Assembly (NCBI GenBank): GCA_013265495.1
Contig: MU058423.1
Span: 2,309,061-2,373,060, forward strand
Reading direction: 5' to 3'
Length of the DNA stretch: 64,000 nt
Source of the DNA: Vicugna vicugna
Lineage: Eukaryota
A program made the translations under genes and the position numbers. The notes beneath the pieces were generated by a model that worked only from the letters and a program-made list of their open reading frames with translations, was not told the DNA's origin and searched no databases. How positions within the stretch are numbered: the first letter of the stretch is position 1; every line of letters begins with the position of its first letter. Below, one piece after another: positions 1-14,185 of this stretch.

Positions 1-380
1 CATGACGTCACCACACCCGACGGGGCCGCCGAAGCCACCCCTTCTTCCTAGCTCGCGAGTGAACCTCCGGGGATGAGCCAGACTGCGCCGCCAGGTGTCG
101 CCATCAGCCCTGTGAGCTGCGCATGGTTCCTGCAAGGATGCCGCGGAACCGGGCGGGGGCGGTCTTTGGACTGAGGAGTTCAAGGCAAGGCCTCACAAGG
201 GCGTAAGGATATTTGGGAGCAAAAACCGGAGTCCGCATGACACAGCGTACAGCCAGGCCTAGGGAAATTCCGGGGCTCAAGATAGCCTACTCACTGCCCT
301 CGCCCAGGCCCTTGGAACCAGAAGCCCCTTGCCCAGGGGCAGCGTTTTCCTTTAGACACCGTCAGGGTGAGCAGAACAGA
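1..380. promoter_or_regulatory. Edge of a CpG-island promoter, probably upstream of the neighbouring gene AHCYL1 (outside the window)
   Basis: CpG-rich; palindromic CRE TGACGTCA at 3-10; GC boxes ~150-162. Gene identity comes only from recalled CSF1-AHCYL1 synteny. Confidence 0.65.
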
Positions 381-3300
381 CCCAGAGCAGTGTGGTTTCT
401 ATACAACCCTTGTGACCTTCTCCGCCACTGTCTCCGCTGGGCCTTGACAGTTTATGAGACTTTAATGCCACAGTGCTGATGGGATAGGGCTAACAGGACA
501 GAGGGTGGAGGGGTGGGCAGAGAAATCATTGCTCCCCTCCCCACCCCCCGCCCCCCAGCCAGGCATTACACTCTGCCAGCTCCCAGCGCACCACGGGGGC
601 ATTCATGGACTATTCATGCTTTTACTGGGCCCTACTATGTGCTGTCGCGGTGCTAAGGCCCTAGATAGTACAGATGTGAGTAATATATTTTATGTTTTGT
701 AAGGCTTAGTCCAGCAGGCGAGGTAATGTCAGCTGAGGTAGCTTGTCCTTTGACACTGAAATGACATTGGCTCAAACTCCCACGTCCTGTGGAAAGTCCA
801 ATCCCCTGCCCAGGATTTCTGTGAATTACTGGGGGGACTTAGATTTTCGTAGTTACCTCTGGCTCTAGTTTTCTGCCTCATCTGAAGTTTTAGTCACTAT
901 TCTGGTCTTGTGGCTGTTTGTTAGTTCCTGCTGTCAGTTAAAATACGGAACACAGTCCCGTCTCCATTCAACCCCCACCCCTATTCCAAAACAACCACAA
1001 AAATAATGCTGTAACATGTAGCAGAACTTTTAATGAAGGTTTGTGGACCACAAGGGAGAGATTACATCACACCACAAACAATTTGAAGTCACATTTCTGA
1101 AATGTTCTGAAAAGTTATTTTGGCTGTCTCGTCACCAGGGACTTCTTATTAGCCACCCCCACCACCAACAGAGCTCCGAAGCCCCCTGTCTCTCATCTCG
1201 CTTTCCCTCTTACTCCCTTCCCCCACTCCTCCTCGACTGACTCTGGGAAGCCAGATTTCTCTCTACTCTGCTGTATATTCAAGTCTTCCCAGGTCCCTTT
1301 TCCTAAATTCCTCCTGTCCCATCTTTTTATATCCAGAAACCCACCAGGTGTTTGACAGGGTCACCTCTTTCAAGAAAGAAGCTGTGGCTTGAAGTGACAT
1401 TTTCCTCACTAGTTTGTATTCACGATTAGGAAGAGTGTGAAATACTTGCTTCTGGGGCCCCAGAAGTCTTAGAGAAGCCCATGTTCCAGCAACCCAGTCC
1501 CATGAGGCTATCTGTTTCAAGTAGGCTGTGGAAGTGCCTGGAAAGATGCACACTTCTTTGGCTCTTAATCTTTAACTATTAGGATTTTCTTGTCTGCCCA
1601 CTCTTTAAGCTCCTCGATTTCCCTCTCAGAGGTATTCCTGCAGCGGAAAGGAGAAGAGATTGGGGAATAGAACACCAGATTTATCCGTAAGGGTGCCAAA
1701 CTGGCACATGTTTTCTTACCTCCCAGTGGGGCCAGGAGCTGCACCTGCCCACTGAGGACTCTTTGGACATACGGCTGAAGTGGATTTCATCCTGTGGGTT
1801 TGCCCAAACTATTGTCAGAGTTCAGGGATAAGAGCTGCCTGCTTAGAGAACGGAGGCAGAGCCAGTTGGAACAGAGGTGAAAACTCCACATCCCTTGAAT
1901 AGGAAAGCATGTGACTTATTGTATTTAGGGGAGGGGGGAAGCACAGGTATTTCTGTCTTTTAGATTTCATTTTCAAAATTCCCATTGGCTGAGAGCTTTG
2001 TTTCTCAGACCCCAGCTCTGCCATGCATGTTAGCATTCAGACTGTGAGACTGCTGGGGACTGAGGTTCAGCCTCCCTTTTATTCCTCCTGAACCAAGTAA
2101 CAGGTTTCCCCTCACACTAGGCTCACAGAATTGGCTGCTGCCACTGCTGAGGATGGTGAAGACAGGGCCAGGCCTTGAGTAAGCAGTACCTTTGCAGTCT
2201 GAGCCAAGATGATCAGCAGGTATGACTCCACTTACCTAAGTGCCTGGCCCAACGGGAGGCTGGGGAGGCTGACCTAAGGGAGTCGGGTTGTTTTCATGGA
2301 AGGCCAGAGGGCCAGCATTCCCTGCCCTGGTGGAACCATTCCCTAGCTGGTTCACACCAGGCTAGAGCCAAGGGCATTCCTGGAAACCAGCCCGCTGCAG
2401 AGGACCTGGGTGGCTGCCATCTGTCATGCGTAGTCTGGGGATCAAAGAGCTCACCCAGTCAGAGAGTATGTCAACATAACATGTGTGAGAACCATTGCCG
2501 GCTGCCCCGCCCCTACTCCTAGATGGCGCCATGGCCCAGCTACAGGCATGACCTCTCATGGATGCAAAAAATGACCTTCCCACCCAACCTGGCTCTGGGT
2601 CTGGCTAACAGCCCGCCCGCCCACTCACCTATCTGAGCTAAGCCTCTGTGCTGAGTCAGGTGAGTGAGTCAGGGCTCACTGCCCTGAGCAACACAGTGAG
2701 AGACGTGACTGGGAACTAATGTTTGAGAAGAACAAGAGACCCAAGGACAGGTGTACGTGTTGTGTGTGGTGGGGGAGAAGTCTCCAAGGGGCCTAGAGAC
2801 CAGAGGGACCCTGCTCTAGAAAGGAGTAGCCTGAGGATAGAGATGAATGGGAAGATATTGTCACTGGAAATATGTGGGCTTGGGCTGGTTAATCAAATTC
2901 ACTCTTCTGTCCACCCCCAAGATTCCCCTCCACATTCATTCATTTTTTTTAAATTCATGAAATACACAGTGCTGAAGCTGTGCAAGGAGCAGCCCTAGAT
3001 GTTGGGGCCACAGAGACAAGTGAAGTACTGATCCCTACCTGGGTGCGATGGCGGTGGGATGAGGACTGAGCAGCAAAGGCTTCATAGAGAAGATGCTCCT
3101 CCAGCCGACTCCTGACAGATACCAGCTGGACAAGGCAGGGAAGGGAGTCCAGGCTGAAGGAACAGCCTGGAGAAAGGCAGGGCAATGAAACAGCCTGGCA
3201 CATTACAGGAACTGTAAAGATTTCAGTGCGGGTGGAGAAGAGGGTGCAAATCGGGGTGGAGTGAGAGCTGCAGCCGGAGACAGGTCCTGCCGAGCCTGGC

Positions 3301-6300
3301 GGGCCGTGGGTGAGTGGTGGTGGCGTCCACCAGGATGGTGACCACGAGGAGGAGGAGAAGCAGGTCTAGCAGAGGGGCTGCTGAGATAAGGAGTAAGCTT
3401 GAGACATGTTGAGCGTGATCTTTCCGTGGAGTGCACCATCATCCCAGAGTCCCCGGGGAGCCTGGGTTGTTACTTTCACACTCTCCTGTTCCCTGCCCAT
3501 CCGACGCCCTAGCAGAACAAGGCTGTGCTCTGCCTGTGGCCACTTCATCTCCATATTCCAGGCCCCACTTTAGACGTTTTCTTTCTGACCCAGAACCACC
3601 CTGTTGCACAGCTCTGGGAGGCACCAGTGACCATAGTATTTGGTGTGAAGGGCGTCCCTGGAACACGACTCAGCTTGCTAATCTGCCCTGCCGGCCCTAA
3701 GAGACTCCCAAGGCAAGACTCCCAGCTGCATCTTGGTGGCTCCAGGAGCTGGCTCCCAGTCAGATCTGGCTCCTACTTCCCACGGCTCCTGATTCCCCAC
3801 TTCCAGCCTCCTCCTCTCCCCCTCTGCAATCCCAGCCTTGTTGGGAAGAGTCTCCCCAGAGCCAAGGGCCAAGGACTCCTCCTTCTCTGTCTCCTCCTCT
3901 GCTTATTATGATCCTATTCACTATTTATTTTACTGTTTGTTATTACTTTGAACATAATCTTTAGAGGAAAGAAAAACCTGTGAAGATAAATATCTCTTTA
4001 CATCTCTGTAAGTTCACTTCTGATTCTTATCAGCTTGCAGAAACTTACTTTTGCATACCTGTGATTGATATGTACATGTCATCTTGGGTTCTGCTTTGGT
4101 CAAATTACAATATTCCCAAAACACATTACTACATACAGAGACCTTCACATACTTGTCGTTGTCAGCGCTTCCCGAGGGTTCCATCCTGTTGCCAGAGGAG
4201 TTTACTTAAGCGTTTTCCTATTGCTATTTGAGTTCTTTCCAACTCAGTGCAATATAAACAGAGTGTGTGTCAGGGTAGGAGTCAGAGTGGAAATGGCTTT
4301 CAAGCAAAATGGACAAGGTTGGATCTCAGCACCAGGTCCTGCCAGAGAGAAGGAGCAAAAAATGTTAAGCAGTGGGGTCAATTGTCTGGGCTATAAGCAG
4401 GGCCTAGGGGAAGGCATGTATTTGCTGTAAGGGGATGTGAGGTCCAGTGCCTGGAACTCATGATGGCTGACTCATGGGGAGGCTGCATGGTGTGGAGGGA
4501 AGCTGGGCATCTGGGCAGATGGAGATGTGGCTTCAAGTCTGGACTGTACTACCAACTTGGCTGCTGGAATTCTGGGTTTTTCTGGACCTCTGTTTCCTCA
4601 CACAAAACAGGGTGATAGCTCTCCATCTGGGGCTTGCCATGATCCAGTACAACAAAACAATAAATATAAAAGAGCTTTGAAAAAGTTGCAAGTATTGTGC
4701 AAATGTCAGTTACAAAGATGTGGATCCAGGCTGAAAATCTGGAGGGGAAAGGAGTTACTTTCTAGAACCTGGAACTCTCCCTGTGCCCTGCTTCCCAGAA
4801 TGACAAGAAAAAGCGGAAACTCACTTGCTGCAGAAAAAGATTGTCATTGCTGGTCCTCAGTACTTGTTTACACTGGGATTGTCCTTCTTTGAAAAGGGGG
4901 ACTGGACCTGCCCCGGTCATGAGCAGCTGCCACTTCCCTGGCAAAGCCTGGCTCCAGGACTGGCTGCTGTGTGTCTAGCAGCCCCTCAAAACTTTCTCAA
5001 ATGCATTTTTCTGGGTTGGACCAGAGAACCTGATGTATCTTTCTTCAGTTTCCAAAGCTGCAGCTCATAAAAGTTAAGGCTGAGAAGGCATCCAGTAATT
5101 GTAAACAATGTTCAAGGAATCTGCTCTGATGATTCTTTGTGCTACTTTGTGTACTTTTCTACCCTGTGTGTGTGCGTTTGTGTTTATGGGGAGGTGTTTA
5201 CCAAAAAGCAGACTCCAGAAATTGTGAAACTGGCCTTGGCCTCCAGCCTCTGCCCACGTCTTTTGCCAGGCACTTATTTATTGAGCACTGGCTCTGGTAT
5301 GTGCCAGGGAATCTGAAGTCAACAAGACAGACACAGTTCTTGTCCTCATGGGGCTTAGAGTCCAATAGCAGGCCTTTATCACAAAATCTGGGCCCCCCAA
5401 TATCTTCTAAGCAAGGAGCCGTCCTCCTTACTCTCTCCATGTGCCACACCCTGCAGAATCCTTCTTAGAAGTAAAAGTCACACTCTCTCTGCTCCTGAGA
5501 CTCTCAGACCCCAGGGTGGGGAGGAGAAGGACAGTCCATCCCTAAAGTTCAGATCGACCCATCAACCCTTGGAGTTGCCCTGAGTCTTTTAGAAGCTTCT
5601 GGAATACTGTCTCCTGGGCAGCTTTCCTGTTCCAAGGTGATGGAGAGAGGGCTGGTGAGGTGGAGGTGCCAGTTGGCCAAGTCAGGCGCAGCATTGCCTG
5701 TCTGTGCCTCTCACAGGGACTGCCCCTCCACCCCCTCCTGCCACCTGCTCCTAGGCCTGGAAATGAGCCTGGAATTGGAAGAGACAACAGGTTGACCAGG
5801 CTGATTAGATACCCTGCTGGGGGTTAGTAGAGGTGTTTGTCTTGACTGGACAGGCACTGGGGCTGGATGGAGTGGCTAGGCAGAAGCTGCAGTTTCCCAA
5901 ATTTCAGGTGGCCAGGGTCTTGCTCCCTTCACCTCAAAGGCCCTGCTCTGTAGCGGATTTGTTGGAGCTGCAGGAGAGAGCGGTCAGCTGTTGGTTGTGT
6001 GGAGGCTGCTGGGTGGGAACCGCCTTCCTCACCCTCTCTGGTGTGCAGGGCGGGCCCCATTGCATCACCCTTGGAGCCTCTGCTCCTGGCTTTGCAGCCA
6101 GCTGGGCCCCTGGAGGAGGGACTCTCCCTGTTTTTCAATAAACCATTAACCATTTCATCCTCCTAGGTCTCCTTGTAGCAGACCTGGATTCCCAAGGTTA
6201 CCCCAAACACCTGTCTGTCCGGACCTTAAAAACCTCTCTTCTGCTTTACAGTGCACAGGTGTTCTGCCTGGGCAGCCTTTTGAGGGTTGAAGTTTCCACC

Positions 6301-9300
6301 TTACCCAATGCAAGCCTGGCCTCTTCCCCAGGAAAAGAGTTAAGCTTCCTCACCCCCACCCTCAGCATTTGTCCAATTCTGCAGCAGTGAGGAAAGACTT
6401 CTCAGCCTCTGTCATGAGCTCATGTCACTTCCACACTCCAAACAGAATCGGACAAAGGGTCAACATACCATTTTCGACCAAGAGCAGGAGTCGGGCCCAA
6501 GCCAGTCCAGGAGCTTCGATGTTGGCCTCGCTCCACAGCCCCTCTAACCATTTCCTGCAGACCTGCTCGGGCCGTTGCCCTCTTTACAGGGACCACGGAG
6601 GGCGTGGGTGGAGTGACGGTCCTAGGGGCCCAAGGGTGTAATGAAAGAGTCCCAAGTACACAGTGTGTCCCTGTTCCTGTAGGGGCTGGGAGAGGAGGTG
6701 TGGGGGTGGGGCGTGGATAGGAGGGGAGCACAGAGGCCCTTCCAGTCAGTCAGGCCCAGGCCACATTCCTGCTCAGGACTTTTATCTCCAGCTCTACCAT
6801 TCCCCTCAATACCCCACCCATTCTAGGGCCTGAAATAGCCTGAAATTTCATCCAGGCCTAGGCCCAGCTCCCAGTTTTAGTTCCACAAACATTTGGCTGC
6901 ACTGTAACTGGCAGAATCCTGGGCTGGGTCTTGTACGGGATGTAGGGATGAATGGGGCCCAGCCTCTGCCTTCAGGGAGCTTACAGGGTGTGCTCTGTGT
7001 CTGTAGACAAAGATATTAGATGTCTGTGGAAGAAGAAAGAAAGATGGCTTCCTATGGAAAGAAAGAGGGTGGCTTTGTGGAGGAGAGTTGTTTTTGCTGA
7101 ATCTCAAAGAATGAGTAGGATTTCAATAATCAGAAACGAGGGGCACTCATTCTGGATGGAAGGAGTAGCAAGAACAAGGCTATGAAGGTATGAAACTTAG
7201 AGAATGTTATGGAACATGGCCCGTAGTCTGGTTTGACTGGAGCACATGGGAAAATATTGAGCTGCTTATGGTGTCCAGGCACGTGTCACTTAATTTACCA
7301 GTGAGTTTGTCCAGCCTTCCTACAGGCTGAGGGCTCCCAAGGGGCAAAGACCTACTGGTTCCTAGAACTGTATGGACCAGAAAATGGAGGCACAGAGGAG
7401 GAGAAACTTGTTTGGGGCTATAAAGCACATTCATGATGGAGCAAGGACTAGAGCCAAGTTCCCTATCCTTATCTGTCTTGGCCCAGTTCAGGTCCCTTAG
7501 TCCAAGGATCTTAATCCACGGAGCTGACTGACCCAGCAAGCCTACCACCCCTTAGGGAGTCAAGAAGACGTTTGAAATGAGCAGCCATTGATCAAGGATG
7601 AACCCAAAGATTCAGTCACATGAATGTTCCTCATGGTGTTGCATATAAACGAGGAATGGTGGCCATAACACTTGGGAAAGAAAGGCCAGGATTCTTTATT
7701 TTTCCAGGTTTGTTTAATCTGGTCCCAAGCCCCATCACAGCTGATGAGAAGTTTAGTATCATTATTAGGGCTTCATCCCTTGGCTCCGTGGGTTTTACAA
7801 AAAATCAAAACAAAACAAAACAAAACAAAAAAACACCCAAAACAAAACAAAACCCCCCAGACACAGTCAAACAAAAGGCCCGACTTGTAGAGCTGGGCAG
7901 CTCGTTCTTGTTTCTCCAGGCAGGCTGCTGAGTGCCCACTCACAGTGGCCTCTCCCAACAGCTGGCCACCTAGTGGTCTTTCTTCCAACCTTCTCTTTAT
8001 GTCTATCTCCATACCAGGTTTTGCCACCCTGAGGGTTGGGGGAGAGGTGTGTGTGTTCCAGTTGGATCTCAACTTTTGCCACTTGTGGATGCCCACGCCC
8101 CCCACCCTCTTCTTAGGAACTGGAAGCCACTGCCCCACAGGTGAGGCTGCTCCCACTCCCTATTTGGAAAGCCAGCCCCAGTCCTCTTTGACCTCTAGGA
8201 CTGGAAGCCCTGGCCGCCCTCCTGGGAGGATGTTGGGAAAATACTTCACATTCTTTCCTGACGAGTCCACAGCCAAGAAAACCAGATATGGCTGATTTCT
8301 CAATCAGGTTATGCTGCCACATTAAATGCTCAATTCATCACCCTGTTCCACCACCAATAGCAAAAGAAGAGTTCAGCAGTAGGCGACCAAAGTATGGTAA
8401 AGGCAATACTGTACAACCAGGCAGAGGACTGTTTAGTGACATGGAAAGATATCCATGATAGAATTGCCAGCTGAAAAAAAGCAGCTTTTAAAATAGCATT
8501 ACGGTATGAACCGATTGTTTGATAAACATAAAATTACGTGTTTGTACAAAGAAAAGAGAACCGAAAGGGTAAACACCGAAATGCTTATTTCCTCTGTGTT
8601 GTGAGATTACAGGTCATTTTTATTTTCTCATTTTTGCTTGTTTTCATTTTCTAAAAATTCTACAATGAGTGTGTATTGCCTTTTTTTTTTTTGGTGAGTA
8701 ATTTGAAGAAAAATTGAATTTTAAATGATAAAAATAATGCCTATTCATAAAAAAAGCTAAGCAAACAGATGTATGTGCAACACAAATGAAAGTCCTCTTC
8801 CCCGTTCACTTCCAAGCTCCAGGCTTAGAGTGAGGAACCCTACCTCCATATATTATTTTTTGTATTTTCATACATGTATTAAAAATTGCACAAACAGAAC
8901 TATCTGTATTATTCTCAGACAATTTCCTAGTAAAACTGAGATAACACTGACACCGATCTTACTGGAGGCTTTGTTACAACTAAGCGAGTTAATATATGTA
9001 AAGCGCTTAGAACAGTACCTGGCATGTAAAATGCACTAATGACTATATGAACTTTAAGTATTTCAGTGTGTTTATTATTTAATTTCTCATTCTACTTCAT
9101 AGGCTTTTTTTTACATTAGGATTATATCAACTTAATACTGAGGAAAAATTATTTTTTTGAAAATCAAACAAAACAAATACATAACTGACTTATCTGTTCC
9201 TCCCATCACTTGGAGAGGGGCTGCCTGATAGAGAGTTCCCCCTTTGTCTGCCTTCACATTGATGACTTGGGCTGGCTTTTATCTAAATGACCGTGGGCCT

Positions 9301-9829
9301 CAAATGGGTGATCTGTTCAGCCAAATGCCATGCTTACCTAGAGGCCTGGGGTTATCTGAACTATTTACACCTTTCTGGAGAAGAAGGAAGCAGAGATGCC
9401 CTTAGCTCCTTGGAAATCTGCATAGTTATGAACTGCACAGACCCTGGCTTAGCTGTTTGGTGGATTTTGTCCCATTCTAGGTGTGACTGCAAAATAAAGG
9501 AAGAACAAAAGAGATCAGGTTGACAGTGTAGCTGTAGCAAAATATAAACATTTGTTGCATCAATCACTGAAAATGCGTCAGCAGGGAAGACCAGTTTTAA
9601 TAACTGGCAATAAGATAGATTACAAAAGTCAGTTGTCAGTGCAGCCAACATGACTGTCATCTGTATTTTGGATTCAGGAGCAAAATAAAATAAATTATAT
9701 CTAATTCACAGCCCAGCAAATGCCACTAGCTCAGAATCCAGGAAGTATCTTCTATGGGTTATTTGCAGAATTCTTGTTATTTCTTAGGTTCTATCCTTTT
9801 TAAAATAAAGGATTAGTTCATTAATAGGG

Positions 9830-11810
9830 TATCATACTCAAACCAGAAAGACATCACGAGAAAAGAAAATTACAAGCGAAAATATCTCATGAACATAGAC
9901 ACAAAAATCTTCAACAGAATATTAGAAAATAAAATCCAACAATATAATAAAAAAGAGAAAAGCACCAGCCCAAGTGAGGTTTATCTAGGGAATGCAGCTT
10001 CTTTAATATCTGAAAATCAATCAGTGTAACTCCTGTATTTGCCATTTAAAGAAAAAACACGATTATAGCAATTGATGTGTACAAAGCATTTGACAAAATT
10101 CGACATCTGTTTACAATTTTAGAAAAGAAGTAAAATAAATATGGATTGCAAAGGAAGAAATATAACTGTCCCTATTCACAGAGAAGCCCAAAGAATTCAC
10201 AAACACACACAAAGTCACCTAGAACTATTAACTAGTAGAAGGATTGTAGAATGTAAGATCAACATATAAAAATCAGTCATATTTCTATATAGTAGCAATA
10301 AAAATTGAAAATCAAAAATTTAAAACCAATACCATTTACAATAGCTAAATAAATGAAATATTTAGATATAAATCTTCTAAGAAATATATAGGATCTATGT
10401 GCTGAAAACTATGAAAGAAATCAAAGAGGGCCTAAATAGTGTTGTGACATACCATACTCAGGGATTAGAAGACTCAGTATAATTAGAGTATAGATTTAAT
10501 TCTCTCTAAATTGATAAATAAATTTAACTCAATTCTAATTAAAACTTCAATGGATTTTTGGTAGGTATATACACAAGCTGATTCTAAAATTTATACAGAA
10601 AGGTAAAGGAACCAGAATAACTAAAACAATTTTGAGAAAGAAGAACAAATTTGGTGGAATCACACTGTCTGATTTTCAGACTTACTACACAGTTACAGTA
10701 ATCACAACAGTATGATATTGGCAACAGGAGAGACACATAGATCAGTGAAACAGAATGAAGGCTCTAGGAAGTAAACATTCACGAATATGGTCAACTGATG
10801 TTTTACAAAGGTGCAAAGGCAATTCATTGCAGAAAGGATATATATATATTTTTAACAAACTGTGTGGTAACAGGTGGACATCCATATGAGGAAAAATAAA
10901 CTTCTTATCTTATAAAAAAAATTAACTCAGAATGGATCATGAATTTAAATGTAAAACAAAAAACTACAAAACTTTTAGGAAAAAAACATAGGTGAAAAAT
11001 CTTCTTGACCTGGGTTAGGCAAAGAGCTCTAAGAAAAGAGCTTGACAAGAAAAACATGATCCATAAAAGAAAAATGTGGATATTGAACTTCATCAAAGTT
11101 AAAAACTTTCACTGTGAAAGAAAGTTAAGAAAAATGAAAATATAAGTTACAAACTGGGAGAAATTTTTTGCAAATCATATGCCCAACAAAGGATTTGTAG
11201 ACTATCTAAAGAACTCTCAAATGTTTCTTACTTGACAGTAAGAAGGCAAGCAATCCAATAAAAAATGAGTCAAAGACTTAAACATTTTACAGAAGAGGAT
11301 AAACAAGTAAGCACATGAGAAGATGTTCAACATCATTAATCATTAAGAAAATACATATTAAAACCTCAATGAGATAACAGAACACGTGTTAGAATGGCTA
11401 AAATAAAAATACTGACAATACCAAGTGCTGATGAGGATGCTCTCATACAGTGGGACATTGTTCTAATACATTGCTGGTGGGAATGCAAAATGGTGCAGCC
11501 ACACTGGAAGACAATAGGACAAATTCTTATAAAATAAAACACATATTACCCTATGACACAGCAATTGTCCTCATAGGTAGTTACCCTAGAGAAGTAAAAA
11601 TTTGTGTTCACACAAAAACCTGTACAGGAATATTTATAGCAGCTCTGTTCATCATTGCCAAAAGTTGTAACAATCCAAATTTCCTTCAATAAGTAAGTGG
11701 ATTTTAAAAACTGTGGTTCATCCATGCAATAGATTAAAGAGAAACAAACTATTGCTACATGAAACAATTTTGATGAACCTCTGAGGAGGCATTATGCTGA
11801 GTGAAAGAAG
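9830..11810 (+). mobile_element. Old LINE-1 fragment (ORF2 RT/C-terminal region into 3' UTR), degenerate
   Basis: A-rich strand with L1 hallmarks (aaagcatttgacaaaattc; gaaaagatgttcaacatca-like; cacacaaaaacctgtac); many stops and deletions. Confidence 0.9.
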
Positions 11811-11829
11811 TTATTCGTGCTGTTCTTTG

Positions 11830-14185
11830 ACTATTATTAGAATGATATATCTTTCCTCATCCCTTTACTTTTCATTATGTTTATATTCATATATGATCTA
11901 TATTATATTTAAAGTGGGTTTCTTGTAGACAATAAACATGGTTTTTGATCCACTCTGACAATCTCCATCTTTTAATTGGAGTAGAAGATCATTGACATTT
12001 AGAGTCATTGTTGATATAGTTGGACTAATACTGCCATATTTGTTACTATCTTGAATTCATTACCTTTTTCTTTGTTCCTATTCTTGTCTTGAAGTCTTTT
12101 TCTGGCTTTTGTAATTTTAATTGATTTTTTTTATAATTCCATTTTTTCTCTCTTTTCTTAGCATATCAATTATATTTCTTCTAAAAGAGTTTTTAGTGTG
12201 CGCTAGAGTTTGCTATATATATTTACAACTAATCTAAGTTCACTTTCAAATAACACTCTATCACTGCAGGAATAGGGCAAGTATCTTATAATAACAAAAT
12301 ATTGCTGATTCCTCCCTCTGAGCAAATTGCTATGTGTTAGGTCAGTTAAGAATAGCAAAAATTAAAGTTTTAATTTTACTTCCATTTGCTCCTTCTTTGA
12401 CATTATTCCTTTTTTTACATAGCTCTGAGTTCCTGACAGGTATCATTTTCCTTCTGAAGAACTTAATGTTTCTTGCAAGTAAGACCTACAAGCAACAAAT
12501 TTCCTTAATTTTTGTTTGTCTGAGATAGCTTTTATTTATCCTTTATTTTTAGAGGATAACTTAACAAGGGTCAGAATTCTAGGTTGATGGGGTTTTTTCT
12601 CTCAACACTTTAAATATTTTGTTTTACTCTCTTCTTGCTTGCATGTTTCTAAAAAGTCAAATTAATTCTTCTTTTTGTTCCTGTATATGTACGGTGTTTT
12701 TGTTTGTTTTTTACCTCTGACTTTTTTCAAGATTTCTTTCTTTATCTTAGATTTTATGCAGTTTGAGCATAACATGCTAAGATGTAGTTTGTTTTGTTTT
12801 GTTTTGTTTTGTTTTGACATTTACCTGCTCTGCGTTCTCTGAGCTTTCTGAATCTGTGGTTGGTATCTGCCATTAATTTGGGGGAAGTTCTCAGCTGTGA
12901 TGGCTTCAAATATTTCTTCTGTTTTTTTCTCCTTTTCTTCTTGGTATTCGCATTATACAAGTGTTATTACCCCTTTTGTAGTTGTCTCAAAGTTCTTGGA
13001 TATTCTGGTCCATTTTTTTCCAGTCTTTTTTCTCTTTGATTTTCAGTTTGGAAGTTGCTATTTTCATATCCTCAAGCTCAGAGATTCTTTCCTTAGCCAC
13101 ATCCAGTCCACTAATGGACCCATCAAAGGCATTCTTTATTTCTGTTACTATATTTTTGCTCTGGCATGTCTTTTTGATTCCTTATAGACTTTCCATCTCT
13201 CTGCTTACATTATCCATCTGTTATTGCATGCTGTCTCCTTTTCCCATTAGAGTCCTTAGCATGTTAATAGTAGTTGTTTTACATTTACAGTTTGATAATT
13301 CCAACTTTTCTGCCATATCTGAGTCTGGTTTTGATGCTTGCTCTGTCTCTTCAAACTATGTTTTCTGCCTTTTAGTATGCCATGCAATTTTTGTTTGTTT
13401 GTTTGAAAGCCAGACATGATGTACTGAATGAAAGGAACTCTGGTAAATAGGCCTTTAGTGTTGTGGTGGTAAGATGTGGGGGAAGGGTAAGCATTTTGTA
13501 GTCCTATGAATCGATCTTGGGCTTTTGGTGAGCCTGTGCCCCTGGCCTGTGAACTTCACGTGTGCTTCTCAGTTTCCCCTCCCCTTAGGTGGAACAGAAT
13601 GGCTGGAGTGAGCTGGGGTTGGGTATTTCCCTTCCCCCAAGTTGATTAGACTCTGATAAAACCCCAATAAGTTATGCTTTGGTAAAATAGATTCTCTTGA
13701 GAGCAGACCTTGTTAAGAACAGAAAGAATGCTCTGGCATATTTCAGAATGGTCACTTTTCCCCTTCCCCTGCCAGAAGCATGAGGGGATTTTCCTCTGAT
13801 ATTGTCTGTGAGAACCTGGTAGAGCTCCTACAGCTAAAACTCACAAAAGCATGCCCCCTCCCCACCCCTGATTGGTCCCCCTGGAGTTTTTAACTCTCAG
13901 GCTTGTTCACACTGAACCTCTAGCAATTCGTTAATTACATTTTGGGCTGTCCTGCCCCAATACAGGTTTTCACGGAAATTACTGTTCTACTAAGTAGTGA
14001 TGCTCTGTATCTGCCTGTCTGCGTCTCCAACCTGGGGGCAGCAGTTTGCCCTGTGACCTCATTTCTCTGAAGAATCTAAGAAGAGTTGTTGATTTTTCAG
14101 TTTGTTCAGCTTTTTCCTTGGTATTAGGATGGAGTGATGACTTTCAAGCTCCTTACATGCTGGAACAGAAACCAGAAGTCAATTT
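11830..14185 (-). mobile_element. Old LINE-1 fragment (5' region, ORF1, inter-ORF), minus strand
   Basis: T-rich + strand; minus-strand translation near 12800-12920 resembles L1 ORF1 (ENFPKLM.DT...QEAQR). Confidence 0.8.

Noticed and set aside
12897..13419. Hydrophobic ORFs resembling membrane proteins (also 34578-35023)
   Set aside because: T-rich antisense strand of L1 ORF1
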